NCBI GenBank assembly: GCA_965205505.1
Contig: CBDBHB010000007.1
Span: forward strand, 128,001-192,000
Reading direction: 5' to 3'
Length of the DNA: 64,000 bases
Origin: Acidobacteriota bacterium
Lineage (GTDB): Bacteria > Acidobacteriota > UBA890 > WLXD01
In this document: positions 1-10,974 of the stretch, piece after piece
How the letters are laid out: the number at the start of each line of letters is the position of its first letter
How positions within the stretch are numbered: position 1 is the first letter of the stretch
Made by a program: the position numbers and the translations under genes
Notes under the pieces: generated by a model
What the model was told of the DNA's origin: nothing
Databases searched by the model: none
Seen by the model: only the letters and a program-made list of their open reading frames with translations

Positions 1-309
1 GTTGTCGAAAGCACGCAGCACCTGCGCCAGGGCGTCCATCTCGCGCATGCTGTTGAGCACGCTGCGATCGAGCTCGCGCATGCCAGCACCACCCGCGATG
101 TCACAAAACACGATCTCTGCGTGCGTCGTCTTCTTCGGCTGGTAGAGAGTCGCCAAGCGGTCGAGGCGGTCGTCGGCGACTCTCACTACGCCCAGGTTCT
201 TGGTGCCGGGCTTGGAGGCTCCGGGGCCGGTTTGGGCGGCCAGGCCGGTGAGCGCGTTGAAGACGGTAGTCTTGCCGCTGCCAGGGAATCCTACGAGTCC
301 GATCTTCAT
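1..309 (-). CDS. ychF: YchF/Obg-family P-loop ATPase, N-terminal part (runs off window edge)
   Basis: Manual translation, absent from ORF track: [22 protein letters not shown]...[32 protein letters not shown]...QVLRAFD. Walker A, DIAG and 'Y.PKK.T' are typical of YchF; it may be a divergent paralogue because the NYPF motif is missing. Confidence 0.8.
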   Translation of the reverse strand, partial: MKIGLVGFPGSGKTTVFNALTGLAAQTGPGASKPGTKNLGVVRVADDRLDRLATLYQPKKTTHAEIVFCDIAGGAGMRELDRSVLNSMREMDALAQVLRAFDN

Positions 310-402
310 CAGGTCGGCACGCTACACCACCGCAGTGGGGCGCGCTTGCGGCACGCGTTCCCGACGGCACGCGCTGCTTACGGCCCGAGGCGATCCGGCG
401 AC

Positions 403-2143
403 TCAGTCAGGTCTGCCCGGCCCATAGATCGCTCGGCCGGGGAGGGCGCCGGTGTGTTCACCGTCGCGCAGCACCTGCTCGCCGTTGACGAAGACGTGCA
501 CCATTCCCGTAGCGTACTGATGGGGCTGCTCGTAGGTGGCGTGGTCGGCGATGGTGTGAGGATCGAAGATTGCCAGGTCGGCGAAGTAGCCTTCCCGGAG
601 CCGGCCGCGGTCGGCGACTCCGAGGTTCTCACTCGGTAGTGCCGAGAGCTTACGTACGGCCTCTTCGAGCGGAATCACACCGCGGTCGCGGACGTAACGT
701 CCGAGAAGCCGCGAGAAGTTGCCGTACGCCCGCGGGTGGGTGCTGGTGAGCACGAACCGCCCTTCGGTTGCCAGCGAGCCGGCGTCGGAGCCGAACGATA
801 CCCAGGGCAGAGCGATCTGCTTCTCGATGTTGTCCTCCGACATCAGGAAGTAGACGACCTGCACGCGCGTGCCGTCCTCGATCACCAGGTCGATCGCCGT
901 GTCGGCGGGATGCTGGCCGCGCTCGGCGGCAACTACGGCAAGCGTCTTGCCGGTGTACCGCTGGCGCAGCCCGGCGTTGCGGAAGCCGACCAGCAGCGTA
1001 CCCTCAGCGCCCGGCGGCCAGCAAGAGGTTCTCCCACTGGTCGGTCGGTGTGGTCATCTCCTCTTTGACCCGCGCGCGAATGTCAGGGTCTCCTAGCCGC
1101 CGCGTCCATTCGGCGTATCCGCCCTCCTGCACCCACGGTGGCATCGCCGCGTCGAGGCCGGTCGAGCCGGCGGTGTAGGTGTACATGTCGGCGGTAATCG
1201 CCAGGCCCTCGGAGCGCGCCGCCTGCACCCGGGAGATGACGTCGTCCATCTTCGACCAGTTTTCCTGACCGCCGGCCTTGAGGTGGTAGATTTCCGCCGC
1301 CACACTGGCCTCGCGGGCCACGGTGATGAGCTCGTCGACGGCCTCGACGAGGCGATTTCCCTCGGAGCGCATATGTGAAATGTACATGCCGCCGAATTCT
1401 CCGGCGGCGGTGCTGATGGCGATCAGCTCATCAGTGTCAGCGTAGAACGCCGGCGCGTAGATGAGCGATGAGCCCACCCCCATCGCGCCCTCGCGCATCG
1501 CCGCGCGAGCCAGATCCTGCATCCGGGCGAGCTCTTCCGCGGTTGGCGGGCGGTCCTCATAGCCGAGCTCATGAACCCGCAGGGTCGTGGCGCCGACGAA
1601 CGAGGCGACGTTCGGTGCGACGCCCCTGCTCTCCAGGAAGGCCAAATACTCCACGAGCGTTGTCCAGGGGACATTTACCGTTGATTCGGCGGCGAGCCCG
1701 AGCATTTCGCGCAGCGCCGCCTCGCCCCCCGCATCGGCGACCCAGTTGGCGACGATATCGATCTTCATGACGTCGTTGAGCGGCCCGTACGACGATCCCT
1801 CGCCGAACACCTCGAGCGTTACACCCTGCCGGATGTCGCCCTGCGAACGGCCGTCGACGATGAGCGAGTCGGTCGCCCAGCTCAGCATGTTGACGAAGCC
1901 GGGTGCCACCGCCAGGCCGGCGACGTCGATTTCCTCATCGCCGACGGCGCTACCGAGGTCGCCGATCGCGACAATGCGGTCGGCAGTAATGGCGAGGTCG
2001 CCGAGGAACGGCGGCCCGCCGCTGCCGTCGTAGATGCTGCCGCCACGCAGGACGATGTCGTACGAGATCGGTGGCGTGCTGGTGCACGCAAACGGCAGCA
2101 GGGCTGCGAGCAACAGAGTCGGGGCGATGCGGACTCCAGACAT
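403..2143 (-). pseudogene. N-acyl-D-amino-acid deacylase (D-aminoacylase family amidohydrolase), probable lipoprotein, split by one frameshift near 1010
   Basis: APGFVNMLSWA, SHMRSE, FGSDAG and HPRAYGNF motifs. Removing one base from the C run at ~1010-1012 joins ORFs 1004..2143 and 403..885 (…LLAAGAEGTLLVGFRNAGLRQRYTGKTL…). Confidence 0.85.
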
Positions 2144-2260
2144 AGCGGTCTCCTGCGGGCGCTCGATCGGCGTGTGGTGGCTGCGTCCGGTAGCTTACGA
2201 TGGGCGGTCACAGCGGGCGCTCGGTTCAGTCGTGGCCCCCGCGAAGACGAGGAATCAGGA

Positions 2261-3109
2261 GTGACCCGCAAGTCACGCCACTCGGCCAGTTCACCATCCG
2301 AGTCAACCGAGCGCACCGAGGCCGACAAGGCCGACAAGCACGCCCTGTACGAGCGTGCCGTGCAGGAGCCGGAGGCGGATGTCGATTTCGCGATCGACGC
2401 GTTCCGCAGTGAGTTCGGGCGCCGCGCGTATCGCCTGCGCGAGGACTTCTGCGGGACCGCAGCAGTCTGCCGTGATTGGGTGCTGGCCCACAGGAAGAAC
2501 CAGGCCTGGGGAGTCGATCTGAATCGCGAGACGTTGGCCTGGGGACAGGCGAAAAACCTCGACCCGTTGCTCAAGAAGCCACGGCGGCGGGTGACCCTGG
2601 TCGAAGGTGACGTGCGCACCGCGCGCACGCCGCCGGTCGACGTCGTCATGGCGTGCAATTTCTCGCACTTCTTGTTCACCGAACGCGCCGCCCTCTTGCG
2701 CTATCTGCGGGCCGCGCGCCGCAACCTCGATCACGAAGGACTGTTGATCCTGGATGCCTACGGCGGTCCGGAATCGGTGCGTCGCGTCGAGGACGAGACC
2801 GAGCATGACGACTTCAGCTACATCTGGGATCAGGACGACTTCGATCCCATAAGCCGGATGGCGACCTGCTACATCCACTTCACGTTTAACGACGGCAGTG
2901 CCTTGCGTCGCGCCTTCACCTATCGCTGGCGCATGTACAGCATTCCGGAGATCCGGGATGCGCTCGCCGACGCAGGCTTCGCGTCGTCGACGGTGTACTG
3001 GGAAGGCACCGATGCGAAGACCGGGGAGGGCGACGGTGTCTACACGCCCCAGGAAAGCGCCGAGCCCGATGAGGCCTGGGTTTGCTACATCGTCGCGGCG
3101 AAACGCTGA
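2261..3109 (+). CDS. Class I SAM-dependent methyltransferase
   Basis: LREDFCGTA motif I variant, GVDL, EGDVR and GLLILD motifs; GTG start after a purine-rich RBS. Confidence 0.8.
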   Translation: MTRKSRHSASSPSESTERTEADKADKHALYERAVQEPEADVDFAIDAFRSEFGRRAYRLREDFCGTAAVCRDWVLAHRKNQAWGVDLNRETLAWGQAKNLDPLLKKPRRRVTLVEGDVRTARTPPVDVVMACNFSHFLFTERAALLRYLRAARRNLDHEGLLILDAYGGPESVRRVEDETEHDDFSYIWDQDDFDPISRMATCYIHFTFNDGSALRRAFTYRWRMYSIPEIRDALADAGFASSTVYWEGTDAKTGEGDGVYTPQESAEPDEAWVCYIVAAKR

Positions 3110-3134
3110 GACGATCGCAGTTCGTGCGTTTCAA

Positions 3135-3156
3135 AGTGATATTAGTTTGATACACT
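3135..3156. promoter_or_regulatory. Imperfect inverted repeat, candidate operator of the Arc-like regulator
   Basis: AGTGATATTAGTTTGATACACT, an AT-rich dyad ~100 bp upstream of the SPFH gene. Confidence 0.45.
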
Positions 3157-3255
3157 GATCTCGATCGAGGTCGGAGACACCAAAGCCCGGCGCCGAGGCA
3201 GCCGCCCCATAGGCGAGCGCCCCACCAGCGACCTCCAAGAGAACAGGAGCGACGG

Positions 3256-4146
3256 ATGATGCGCGAGATCGAACACAAGTCGATGAGCGGCTTCGTAATG
3301 CTGTTCGTATTGCTGGCGGCGCTCGTAGGAGTGGGCTGGATGATCGTGGCGACGCTCCGCGACCTGGCACAGCTCGGCGGGAGCGCCGGCCGCCTCGGGT
3401 GGCTCGTCGGGCTGGTCGTTGCCTTGGTCGCCGATCTGGTGATGCTGGCAGGCGTGTTCACCGTCGCCCCGAACGAGGGCAGAGTGCTGCAGCTCTTCGG
3501 TCGCTATGTGGGAACGGCCAAGGAGCCCGGACTGCGGTGGGCCAATCCGTTCTTGACCAAGAAGAGGGTGTCGCTGCGGGTGCGCAATTTCGAGACCGGC
3601 AAGCTCAAGGTCAACGACAAGCGGGGCAACCCGATCGAATTCGCGTCGGTGGTGGTCTGGAAGGTGGTCGACACTGCCGAGGCCGTGTTCCTGGTCGACG
3701 ACTTCAAGCACTACGTGCATGTGCAGCGCGAGGCGGCTGGACGGGCCCTGGCCACGGGCTACCCATACGACGTGTTCGAGGAAGGTGAGGTGTCGCTCGT
3801 GTCGCACACCGCTGAGATCAGCGACAAGCTCAAGATCGAGATCCAGGACCGTCTCGAAAGGGCGGGGGTCGAGGTAATCGAAGCTCGTATCAGCCACCTG
3901 GCGTACTCGCCAGAGATCGTGAGCGCCATGCTGCAGCGCCAGCAGGCCGCGGCGGTGATCGCGGCGCGCAAGCAGATCGTCCGGGGCGCCGTCGGCATGG
4001 TGGAGGACGCGCTGACCCAGCTTTCTGAACACAGCATCGTGGAGCTCGACGACGAGCGCCGTGCCCAGATGGTCAGCAACCTGCTGGTGGTGCTGACGAG
4101 TGAGTCGCGACCGCAGCCGGTGGTGAACGCGGGCAGCCTTTACTAG
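3256..4146 (+). CDS. SPFH/band 7 domain membrane protein
   Basis: Two N-terminal TM helices; [39 protein letters not shown] and MVSNLLVVL motifs. Confidence 0.93.
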   Translation: MMREIEHKSMSGFVMLFVLLAALVGVGWMIVATLRDLAQLGGSAGRLGWLVGLVVALVADLVMLAGVFTVAPNEGRVLQLFGRYVGTAKEPGLRWANPFLTKKRVSLRVRNFETGKLKVNDKRGNPIEFASVVVWKVVDTAEAVFLVDDFKHYVHVQREAAGRALATGYPYDVFEEGEVSLVSHTAEISDKLKIEIQDRLERAGVEVIEARISHLAYSPEIVSAMLQRQQAAAVIAARKQIVRGAVGMVEDALTQLSEHSIVELDDERRAQMVSNLLVVLTSESRPQPVVNAGSLY

Positions 4147-4229
4147 ACGCGGCGCAAGGCGCTGCGTATGTGATTCGGCAGCAGACAGCGGGACGCCGTA
4201 GGGCGTTCCGCCGAGGCGAGCAAGGACGG

Positions 4230-4424
4230 GTGGCAGAGCGCAAAGCGGTCCTGATCCGGCTTGATCCCAAGGTCCACGCATCGCTGCGGCGGTGGGCCGA
4301 CGACGAGCTGCGATCGTTCACCGCGCAGGTAGAGTACGTGTTGCGGCGCGCTTTGCGCGGCGCCGGGCGTATGGGCTCCGACGGATCGGAAGACAACGCC
4401 ACGAGCGAGCCCACGGAGCCGTGA
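4230..4424 (+). CDS. Arc-like ribbon-helix-helix DNA-binding protein, usual partner of this SPFH subfamily
   Basis: MAERKAVLIRLDPKVHASLRRWADDELRSFTAQVEYVLRRAL. Confidence 0.85.
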   Translation: MAERKAVLIRLDPKVHASLRRWADDELRSFTAQVEYVLRRALRGAGRMGSDGSEDNATSEPTEP

Positions 4425-4561
4425 CCCCGCCGGGCTCGGCGCGCCCTCTCACCCCGGAGGATCGACTGCGATACTTTGAAGGGATCCTCGGTCCTATGTA
4501 GCCGCGCGATTCTAGTCGCGCGACCGCCAGCCGCCGCCGCCGCCGCCTTCCCAGCACACTC

Positions 4562-6001
4562 ATGACCGAACAGCAGCGTTTCACCTGCGACTGGCTGTGG
4601 AACCAGCTCGTCGTGCTCTCCGACGGCAAGGTCGTTTGCGGCTGCGCCGATCCACACGGTGAGCGGCCGCTCGGTGATCTCAACAAGCAGACACTGCACG
4701 ATATCTGGAACGCACCGCACGTCAGAAACATCCGCCGCCAGCTGAACCAGGGCTACGCGCCGTTCTGCAAACCATGCGGTCTCAAGACCATGGTCGACGA
4801 GGACTACGAGATTCCGCAGCGACCAGAGCACGTCGAGACGCTGCCGCGGATCTTCCTGGAGCCCGCCGTCGGCTGCAACATCTCGTGCTTGGAGGCGGTG
4901 TGCAATCAGACCTCGAAGATTGTTCAGACACGCTCACAACGCCTGATGGGCTGGGAGGATTTCAAGCGTATTGTCGATTCAGTCGGCGACGAGCTCGTAC
5001 GGCTCGACTTCTTCAACTATGGCGAGTCGTTCGTGCACCCGAAGTCGGTCGACATGATGGAGTACATCAAGGCGACCTACCCGAACGTGTTTCTCTACAT
5101 CAGCACTAACGGCCTGCTGCTCACCGATGACAGGATGGAGCGCCTGGTGAAGGCTGGGGTCGACGAGATCACCTTCTCGGTCGACGGGCCCGACCACGAC
5201 ACGTACGTGAAATATCGCGTCAAGGGTGACTTCGACAAGGTGTTCGGCATCATGCGCCGGTTCGTCGAGATACGGGACTCGCAAGGGGCGCAGCTCCCGT
5301 TCCTCAACTGGCGCTACATCATCTTCAATTGGAACGACTCCGACGAGTAGATGCGCCGCACGCGCGAGCTAGCCGCCGAAATCGGCATCGATAAGCTCGT
5401 CTGGGAGATCACCAACCATCCCCCGGTGGCGGTGAGCGAGAAGTACCAACCGGGAACGGCGGCGTGGCACGAGATCTACCACGAGATCTGGGATACGAGC
5501 CAAACTTGCAACGCCATCGACGGAAAGCGCCTGCTGGCCGATATCTCCTTCGAGAGCGAAGGCGCTTGGGAGGGCCGTGTCACGGACCCCACCATGTTGA
5601 CGGTACACGTGGAGAACACCGGAGGCGCGCTGTGGCGGTGTGCGGCACACGGGTGGCGGCGAACCGTTCGCCTCGGTGCCCAGCTGCACGATGGCAACCG
5701 CAACATGATCGATCGCGACTACGCGCGCGCCTTCTTACCGCACGATCTGGCCGGCAACGCGGCGGTGGACATCGACATCGAGCTGCCAGCGCTCGAAACT
5801 CCCGGTGACTACACACTGAAGTTCGACATGGCGTGTGAGGGTATCGACTGGTTCGAGTCGGGCGGCTCGCCGGTGGCCTGGGGCGACCTGGTCGTGGCGG
5901 CGGCTACCGATCCGACCAATGGCCCACCCGCCGCACTCGCGCCGAGCACTCGGCTTCTGGCCGGCGCGCGAAACCTCGGCCGACGACTGACCGGCCATTA
6001 G
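4562..6001 (+). pseudogene. SPASM + radical SAM + C-terminal Ig-like domain protein, interrupted by in-frame TAG at 5348-5350
   Basis: N-terminal SPASM-like C..DGKVVCGC...C..C; CNISCLEAVC; FFNYGE, STNG and FSVDG motifs; ORFs 4562..5350 and 5351..6001 are in the same frame. Confidence 0.85.
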
Positions 6002-6208
6002 GGAAGGGTGCCCGGCGAACAGGGCGCCTGCTGGCCGATGCGGGCGATGCGGCTGGCGGCTTATGGTCTGCGGCACGGCGATACGGTCAGCGCGTCCGAC
6101 CATCTGCCGCTGGTCGCCGACTTCGCCATGCGCTAGCGCGCAATAGCGGCGGCTGAGGAGAGGACGACGAACGGGGCGCGCACGTCTGGTTGGACGCGCA
6201 CGCGACAC

Positions 6209-7801
6209 TCAACGCAAGCGGTACCGCTGGATCTTGCCGGTGGTGGTCTTGGGCAACTCGTCGACGAACTCGATCCAGCGCGGGTACTTGTAGGGCGCGA
6301 TCGTGTCTCTCACGAACGCCTTGAGCTCCTCGGCCAAGCTATCGCTGGCGGTGACACCGCTGCGCAACACCACGAAAGCCTTGGGCTTCACCAGGCGCGA
6401 GTCGTTCTCGGCACCCACCACGGCGGTCTCGAGAACCGCGTCGTGTTCGAGGAGAGCAGCCTCGACCTCGAACGGTGACACCCAGATTCCCCCTACCTTC
6501 AGCATGTCGTCGGTACGCCCCTGGTACCAGTAGAATTCGTCGACGTCGACGATGTACTTGTCGCCGGTGCGAATCCAGGCGCCTTGGATAGTGGCCTTGG
6601 TCTGCTCGTGACGGTTCCAATAGAACGCGCAGGTAGAGTCGCCTTTGATGAGCAGGTCACCGATCTCGCCCGGCGGTACCGGCTCGCCACTGTCGTCGAC
6701 GATACGTGCCTCGTAGCCCGGAACCACCTGGCCGCTGGAGCCCGGTTTTACCGCGCCGGGTCGATTGGCGATGAACATGTGAAGGACCTCGGTCGAGCCG
6801 ATACTGTCGAGGATCTCGTGCCCGTAGCGCTGCCGCCAACGCTCGTACAGTGCCGCCGGCAGTGCCTCGCCGGCCGAAACGCAAGCCCGCAGGCTCGACA
6901 GTGCCTGGCGCGCCGGCGCGTCCGGGTAGGCCAGCAGGCCAGCGTAGCCGGTGGGAACCGAGCTGAAGACACTGGGGCGGTACTGTTGCAGCACCTCGAA
7001 GACCGCGGCCGGCCCGGGGTGCCCGGGATAGAGAACGGTCGAGGCGCCGAAACGGAACGGAAAATATAGTGCGTTGCCCAGACCGTAGGCGAAGAACAGC
7101 TTCGCCACCGAGAAGGTGATGTCGGTTTCCGACATCGCCAGCAATTGCCGCGCGTAGGTGTCGGCGCAGACCAGCATGTCGTGCTGCAGGTGAACGGTGC
7201 CCTTCGGGAAACCCGTTGTGCCTGAGGAGTAAAGCCACAGGCACGGGTCATCCTTGCTCATCTCTTCGGCATCGAGTTCTGACGGGGCCGCGGTGCACAG
7301 CTCCGCCAGCGAGTGCACCGCGATCGAGGCGCTCGCGGCCGGCAACTCCGGCGCGTCGCCATCCGGCCCGTGCGCAACGACCAGGTGCCGCAGGTAACGT
7401 AGCCGGTCGCGGATCGGCTCGATGGTGCTGAGCAACGGTGCCGATACGATCAGCACGCGGGCGCGCGAATCGTTCAGCAGATATTCGCAGTCGGCGGGGG
7501 TGAGCAGCGTATTGGTGGGAATCGGCACGGCGCCGATCTTGATTGCGCCGAAGAACGAGTACGCGAAGTCCGGGCTGTCGAGCAACAGCAACATCACGCG
7601 CTGCTCGAGATCGAGGCCGAGGTCTCGGAGCGCGTTGCCGGCCCGATTCACGCCCGTCAGCACCTCGGCGTAGGTGTGGGTACTGCCATCGGGGACGTAG
7701 TGGATTGCCACCTTGTCGCCGCGCCCGGCCTCGACGTTGGCGTCGACGAAATCAGACGCTGCGTTCATGCGGTCAGGAATCTCGATCATGGTTGCCTGCA
7801 T
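6209..7801 (-). CDS. Benzoate-CoA ligase family protein
   Basis: YSSGTTGFPKG, KLFFAYGLGN, SAGEALP, IGSTE, RTGD and PKT.TGKIQR motifs. Confidence 0.92.
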   Translation of the reverse strand: MQATMIEIPDRMNAASDFVDANVEAGRGDKVAIHYVPDGSTHTYAEVLTGVNRAGNALRDLGLDLEQRVMLLLLDSPDFAYSFFGAIKIGAVPIPTNTLLTPADCEYLLNDSRARVLIVSAPLLSTIEPIRDRLRYLRHLVVAHGPDGDAPELPAASASIAVHSLAELCTAAPSELDAEEMSKDDPCLWLYSSGTTGFPKGTVHLQHDMLVCADTYARQLLAMSETDITFSVAKLFFAYGLGNALYFPFRFGASTVLYPGHPGPAAVFEVLQQYRPSVFSSVPTGYAGLLAYPDAPARQALSSLRACVSAGEALPAALYERWRQRYGHEILDSIGSTEVLHMFIANRPGAVKPGSSGQVVPGYEARIVDDSGEPVPPGEIGDLLIKGDSTCAFYWNRHEQTKATIQGAWIRTGDKYIVDVDEFYWYQGRTDDMLKVGGIWVSPFEVEAALLEHDAVLETAVVGAENDSRLVKPKAFVVLRSGVTASDSLAEELKAFVRDTIAPYKYPRWIEFVDELPKTTTGKIQRYRLR

Positions 7802-7893
7802 TGCGAATCACACCTTTTGGGTGTGAACCTTTCGTGACAAGTCCAATCTATCCTGCAATAAGGGCAGCGAACTGTCCTGCGGGGAACGAAAGC

Positions 7894-8604
7894 ATGCAAC
7901 ACATCTTGGTGGTGGAGGACGAGCCGGACATCGCACGGCTTATCGATCTTCACTTGTCGGACGCTGGATTCGATGTCGATGTCGAGCATACGGCTCGTGG
8001 CGGCCTCGAGAGAGCGCGTAGAAACGGCCACGATCTCGTGATCCTCGACCTCATGCTGCCGGACGGCGACGGGTTGGACATTTGCCGAGCGCTGCGGGCG
8101 AGCGCCGACTACACGCCGATCCTCATCCTTACCGCCAGGTCCACGGAGCTCGACCGCGTCGTCGGGCTCGAAGTGGGCGCCGACGACTACCTAGTAAAGC
8201 CCTTCGCAGTGCGCGAGTTGGTGGCACGTGTGAAGGCGATCCTATGCCGCGTCGAGCTCTCCACCGGAGTTGCGCAGCGGAGCATCTCGAGGCTGGAAAT
8301 CGAAGGGCTGGTTATCGAGCCGGAGAAGCGCGGCGTCACCGTCAACTCGAAGCCGGTGGAGCTGACCGTCACGGAGTTCGATTTGCTCGTGCAGCTAGCG
8401 ACGAACCCCGGGCGTGTATACACGCGGGCGCAGCTCCTGGATCTGGTGTGGGGAGTCGCCAGCGATTCGTACGAGCACACCGTCAATGCTCATGTCAATC
8501 GGCTGCGCGCCAAGATTGAACCAGATCCGGCGCACCCGTTCTACGTTCGCACGGTTTGGGGTGTGGGCTATAGGTTCGTCGATCCCACCGCACGGGAGTT
8601 CTGA
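7894..8604 (+). CDS. OmpR/PhoB-family response regulator
   Basis: ILVVEDE, LDLMLP (phospho-Asp), GADDYLVKPF, winged-helix HVNRLRAKIE…TVWGVGYRF. Confidence 0.95.
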   Translation: MQHILVVEDEPDIARLIDLHLSDAGFDVDVEHTARGGLERARRNGHDLVILDLMLPDGDGLDICRALRASADYTPILILTARSTELDRVVGLEVGADDYLVKPFAVRELVARVKAILCRVELSTGVAQRSISRLEIEGLVIEPEKRGVTVNSKPVELTVTEFDLLVQLATNPGRVYTRAQLLDLVWGVASDSYEHTVNAHVNRLRAKIEPDPAHPFYVRTVWGVGYRFVDPTAREF

Positions 8605-10094
8605 TGCACAACCTCCATACGAAGCTGTCTTTGGCCCTGTTGGCGGTCCTGGCGGTGGCTTCCGTCGGGCTGGCGGTGGTGTTGACGCGCGCCAGTCAGA
8701 TGTACCAACAGGAGGTGCAACAACAGCTCAACGACGAGCTGGCGGACCACATTGTCGAGCAGTACGAGCTCATACGGGCAGACAGCGTTGCCGAGGACGC
8801 GCTCGCCGACCTGTTCAGCTTGCTGATGGTCATCAACCCCAGCATTGAAGTGTACTTGCTCGACCCGGAGGGCCGCATCATCGCCGATGCGGCGCCCGAG
8901 GGCCGGATACGCCGCGAGCGCGTCTCGCTCGTGCCGGTGCAGCAATTGCTGCAGGGGAGCACGCGATTCCCCATCTTCGGCGATGATCCCCGCGATCCCC
9001 GCGGCAGCAAGGTATTCTCGACGGCGCGTATCCTGAGCGAAGGTCGGCTGCAAGGGTATCTCTACGTCGTGCAGGGCGGCGAGGCGTACGATAGCGCCGC
9101 CGCGATGCTCGCTAGCAGCTACATCGTTCGCCTGAGCGCCTGGCTTGGTGCGGGTATTCTCCTCCTGACGTTGCTCGCCGCTGGGTTCCTCTTTCGCCGG
9201 CTGACGCGACCGTTGAGCGCTCTGGACGCCGAAATAGCTCAGTTCGAGCTCACAGAGCTGAGCCCGCTGCATCCGGCCCACGCCGCCGGTGGCGACGAAG
9301 TACAATGTCTACAAGCGTCGTTTACCCGCCTGGCGCAGCGACTGCGACAGCAGCTAGACGAGCTGGAGCGCACCGATCGGCTGCGGCGCGAGCTGGTGGC
9401 GAGCGTGTCACATGACTTGCGCACACCGCTTACCCATCTGCAGGGTTATCTCGAAACGCTGCAGCTAAAAGACGACTCGCTGCAGCCGGCCGAGCGCGCC
9501 GAGTATCTGCGGATCGCGGTGGACCATTGCGACCGCCTGGCCCGCCTGATCGACGATCTGTTCGAGCTCGCCAAGCTCGAGGCATTGCGGGTGCCGATCG
9601 AGACCGAGCGCTTCTCGGTGGTCGAGCTAGCGCGTGACGTCGTCGACAAGTTCCAGCTCACCGCCCGGCAACGAGGTATCCAGCTCTCCGTTGCCGACGC
9701 CCCACGCAGATGCCACGTCGAGGCCAACCCCGGTCTGATCGAGCGCACGCTCGAGAACCTCATAGCGAACGCCCTACAACATACCGACAGCGGCGGCGTG
9801 ATCGATGTGGTTCCTCGGCGTCGGTCGCAGGCCGTGCAAGTCGAGGTCCGGGATACCGGCCGAGGGATATCCGAGGCCGATCAGCAACGTGTCTTCGAAC
9901 GCTTCTTCCGCACTTCGGGCGATCGAAAGTCCGATTCCGGCACCGGGTTGGGTCTGGCGATCGCCAAGCGGGCGGTCGAGTTGCACGGCGGCAGCATCAG
10001 CGTGCACAGCGTGCCCGGACAAGGCAGCGTCTTGGGCTTCGAGCTGCCGCACGCTGATGTGTCGGCCGCCGACGCGGGCGTGGCACCAACGTAG
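8604..10094 (+). CDS. Membrane sensor histidine kinase (HAMP-HisKA-HATPase)
   Basis: Two TM helices; SHDLRTPL H-box, NLIANA, DTGRG and GTGLGL boxes; translationally coupled to the regulator. Confidence 0.95.
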   Translation: MHNLHTKLSLALLAVLAVASVGLAVVLTRASQMYQQEVQQQLNDELADHIVEQYELIRADSVAEDALADLFSLLMVINPSIEVYLLDPEGRIIADAAPEGRIRRERVSLVPVQQLLQGSTRFPIFGDDPRDPRGSKVFSTARILSEGRLQGYLYVVQGGEAYDSAAAMLASSYIVRLSAWLGAGILLLTLLAAGFLFRRLTRPLSALDAEIAQFELTELSPLHPAHAAGGDEVQCLQASFTRLAQRLRQQLDELERTDRLRRELVASVSHDLRTPLTHLQGYLETLQLKDDSLQPAERAEYLRIAVDHCDRLARLIDDLFELAKLEALRVPIETERFSVVELARDVVDKFQLTARQRGIQLSVADAPRRCHVEANPGLIERTLENLIANALQHTDSGGVIDVVPRRRSQAVQVEVRDTGRGISEADQQRVFERFFRTSGDRKSDSGTGLGLAIAKRAVELHGGSISVHSVPGQGSVLGFELPHADVSAADAGVAPT

Positions 10095-10121
10095 TAACGG
10101 GCGCCACAGTCAGGCACCAGC

Positions 10122-10160
10122 GTGACCGAATTGTGCACATCGTGTGACCAGTGCGTGAAC
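10122..10160 (+). promoter_or_regulatory. Four 11-bp-periodic direct repeats, candidate OmpR/PhoB-type binding array
   Basis: GTGACC at 10122, GTGCAC at 10133, GTGACC at 10144 and GTGAAC at 10155, upstream of the spondin gene. Confidence 0.6.
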
Positions 10161-10237
10161 AACGCAGTGCAGGGTGAGCACACGAGTCAGGCGAGCTGCC
10201 TGGTGCCGTTACCGCTTTGTCGCATGGAGGATCACCA

Positions 10238-10882
10238 ATGCGCCGTTTCGTCTTCACCGCCGTAGGTTGTGCCGTAGCGCTGTTGCTGCCTGCCGCGGCC
10301 ATCGCGCAAACCTACGAGATCCGCATCACGAACCTGACCCGCGGGCAGATCATGAGCCCCCCGGTGATTGCCGCGCACTCGCCAGGTTCCCGCATGTTCC
10401 TGCCTGGAAGCCGCGCCTCCGATGACATCGCGGCGGTCGCCGAAGACGCCGATAACAGCGGCCTGGTGAGCACACTGTCGGCCGACCCGGAGGTGGGTGG
10501 CATGGCGGTTGGCGACGGGGTTATTCTGCCGGGCAAGACAGGTACGTACACGATCGATTCCGGCGGAGCCACGCGGCTGAGCATCGTCAGCATGTTGGTG
10601 ATCACTAACGACGCGTTCCTCGGCCTAGACAGCTACGACCTGGGATCGGTCGACTCCCGCACCGTCGTCTGGGTGCCGGCGTACGATTCCGGCAGCGAGG
10701 ACAACAACGAGGATTGCGGCTTCATCCCGGGACCGCCGTGCGGCAGCGGCGGGGTTCGCGACACCAGGGGCGCCGAGAAGTTCATCCACATCCACTCGGG
10801 CGTGGTCGGCGACGATGACCTGGCGAAGGCCACCTACGACTGGAGGAATCCGGTAGCACGAATCGTCATCATTCCAAGCTGA
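10238..10882 (+). CDS. Secreted Spondin_N domain protein
   Basis: Signal peptide (AIA|Q); ITNLT.GQ..SP, SMLV.TNDAF, YDSGSE.N.E and HIHSG motifs; GGAGG RBS. Confidence 0.88.
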   Translation: MRRFVFTAVGCAVALLLPAAAIAQTYEIRITNLTRGQIMSPPVIAAHSPGSRMFLPGSRASDDIAAVAEDADNSGLVSTLSADPEVGGMAVGDGVILPGKTGTYTIDSGGATRLSIVSMLVITNDAFLGLDSYDLGSVDSRTVVWVPAYDSGSEDNNEDCGFIPGPPCGSGGVRDTRGAEKFIHIHSGVVGDDDLAKATYDWRNPVARIVIIPS

Positions 10883-10974
10883 TGCCGGGGTGGCGCCTGC
10901 GGGGAGATCGCCTCGCGGGCGCAAGATCCGCGCAACTAATCTCCGGCAAGTGCTCACCTCCGGGCAAGGTTGCG

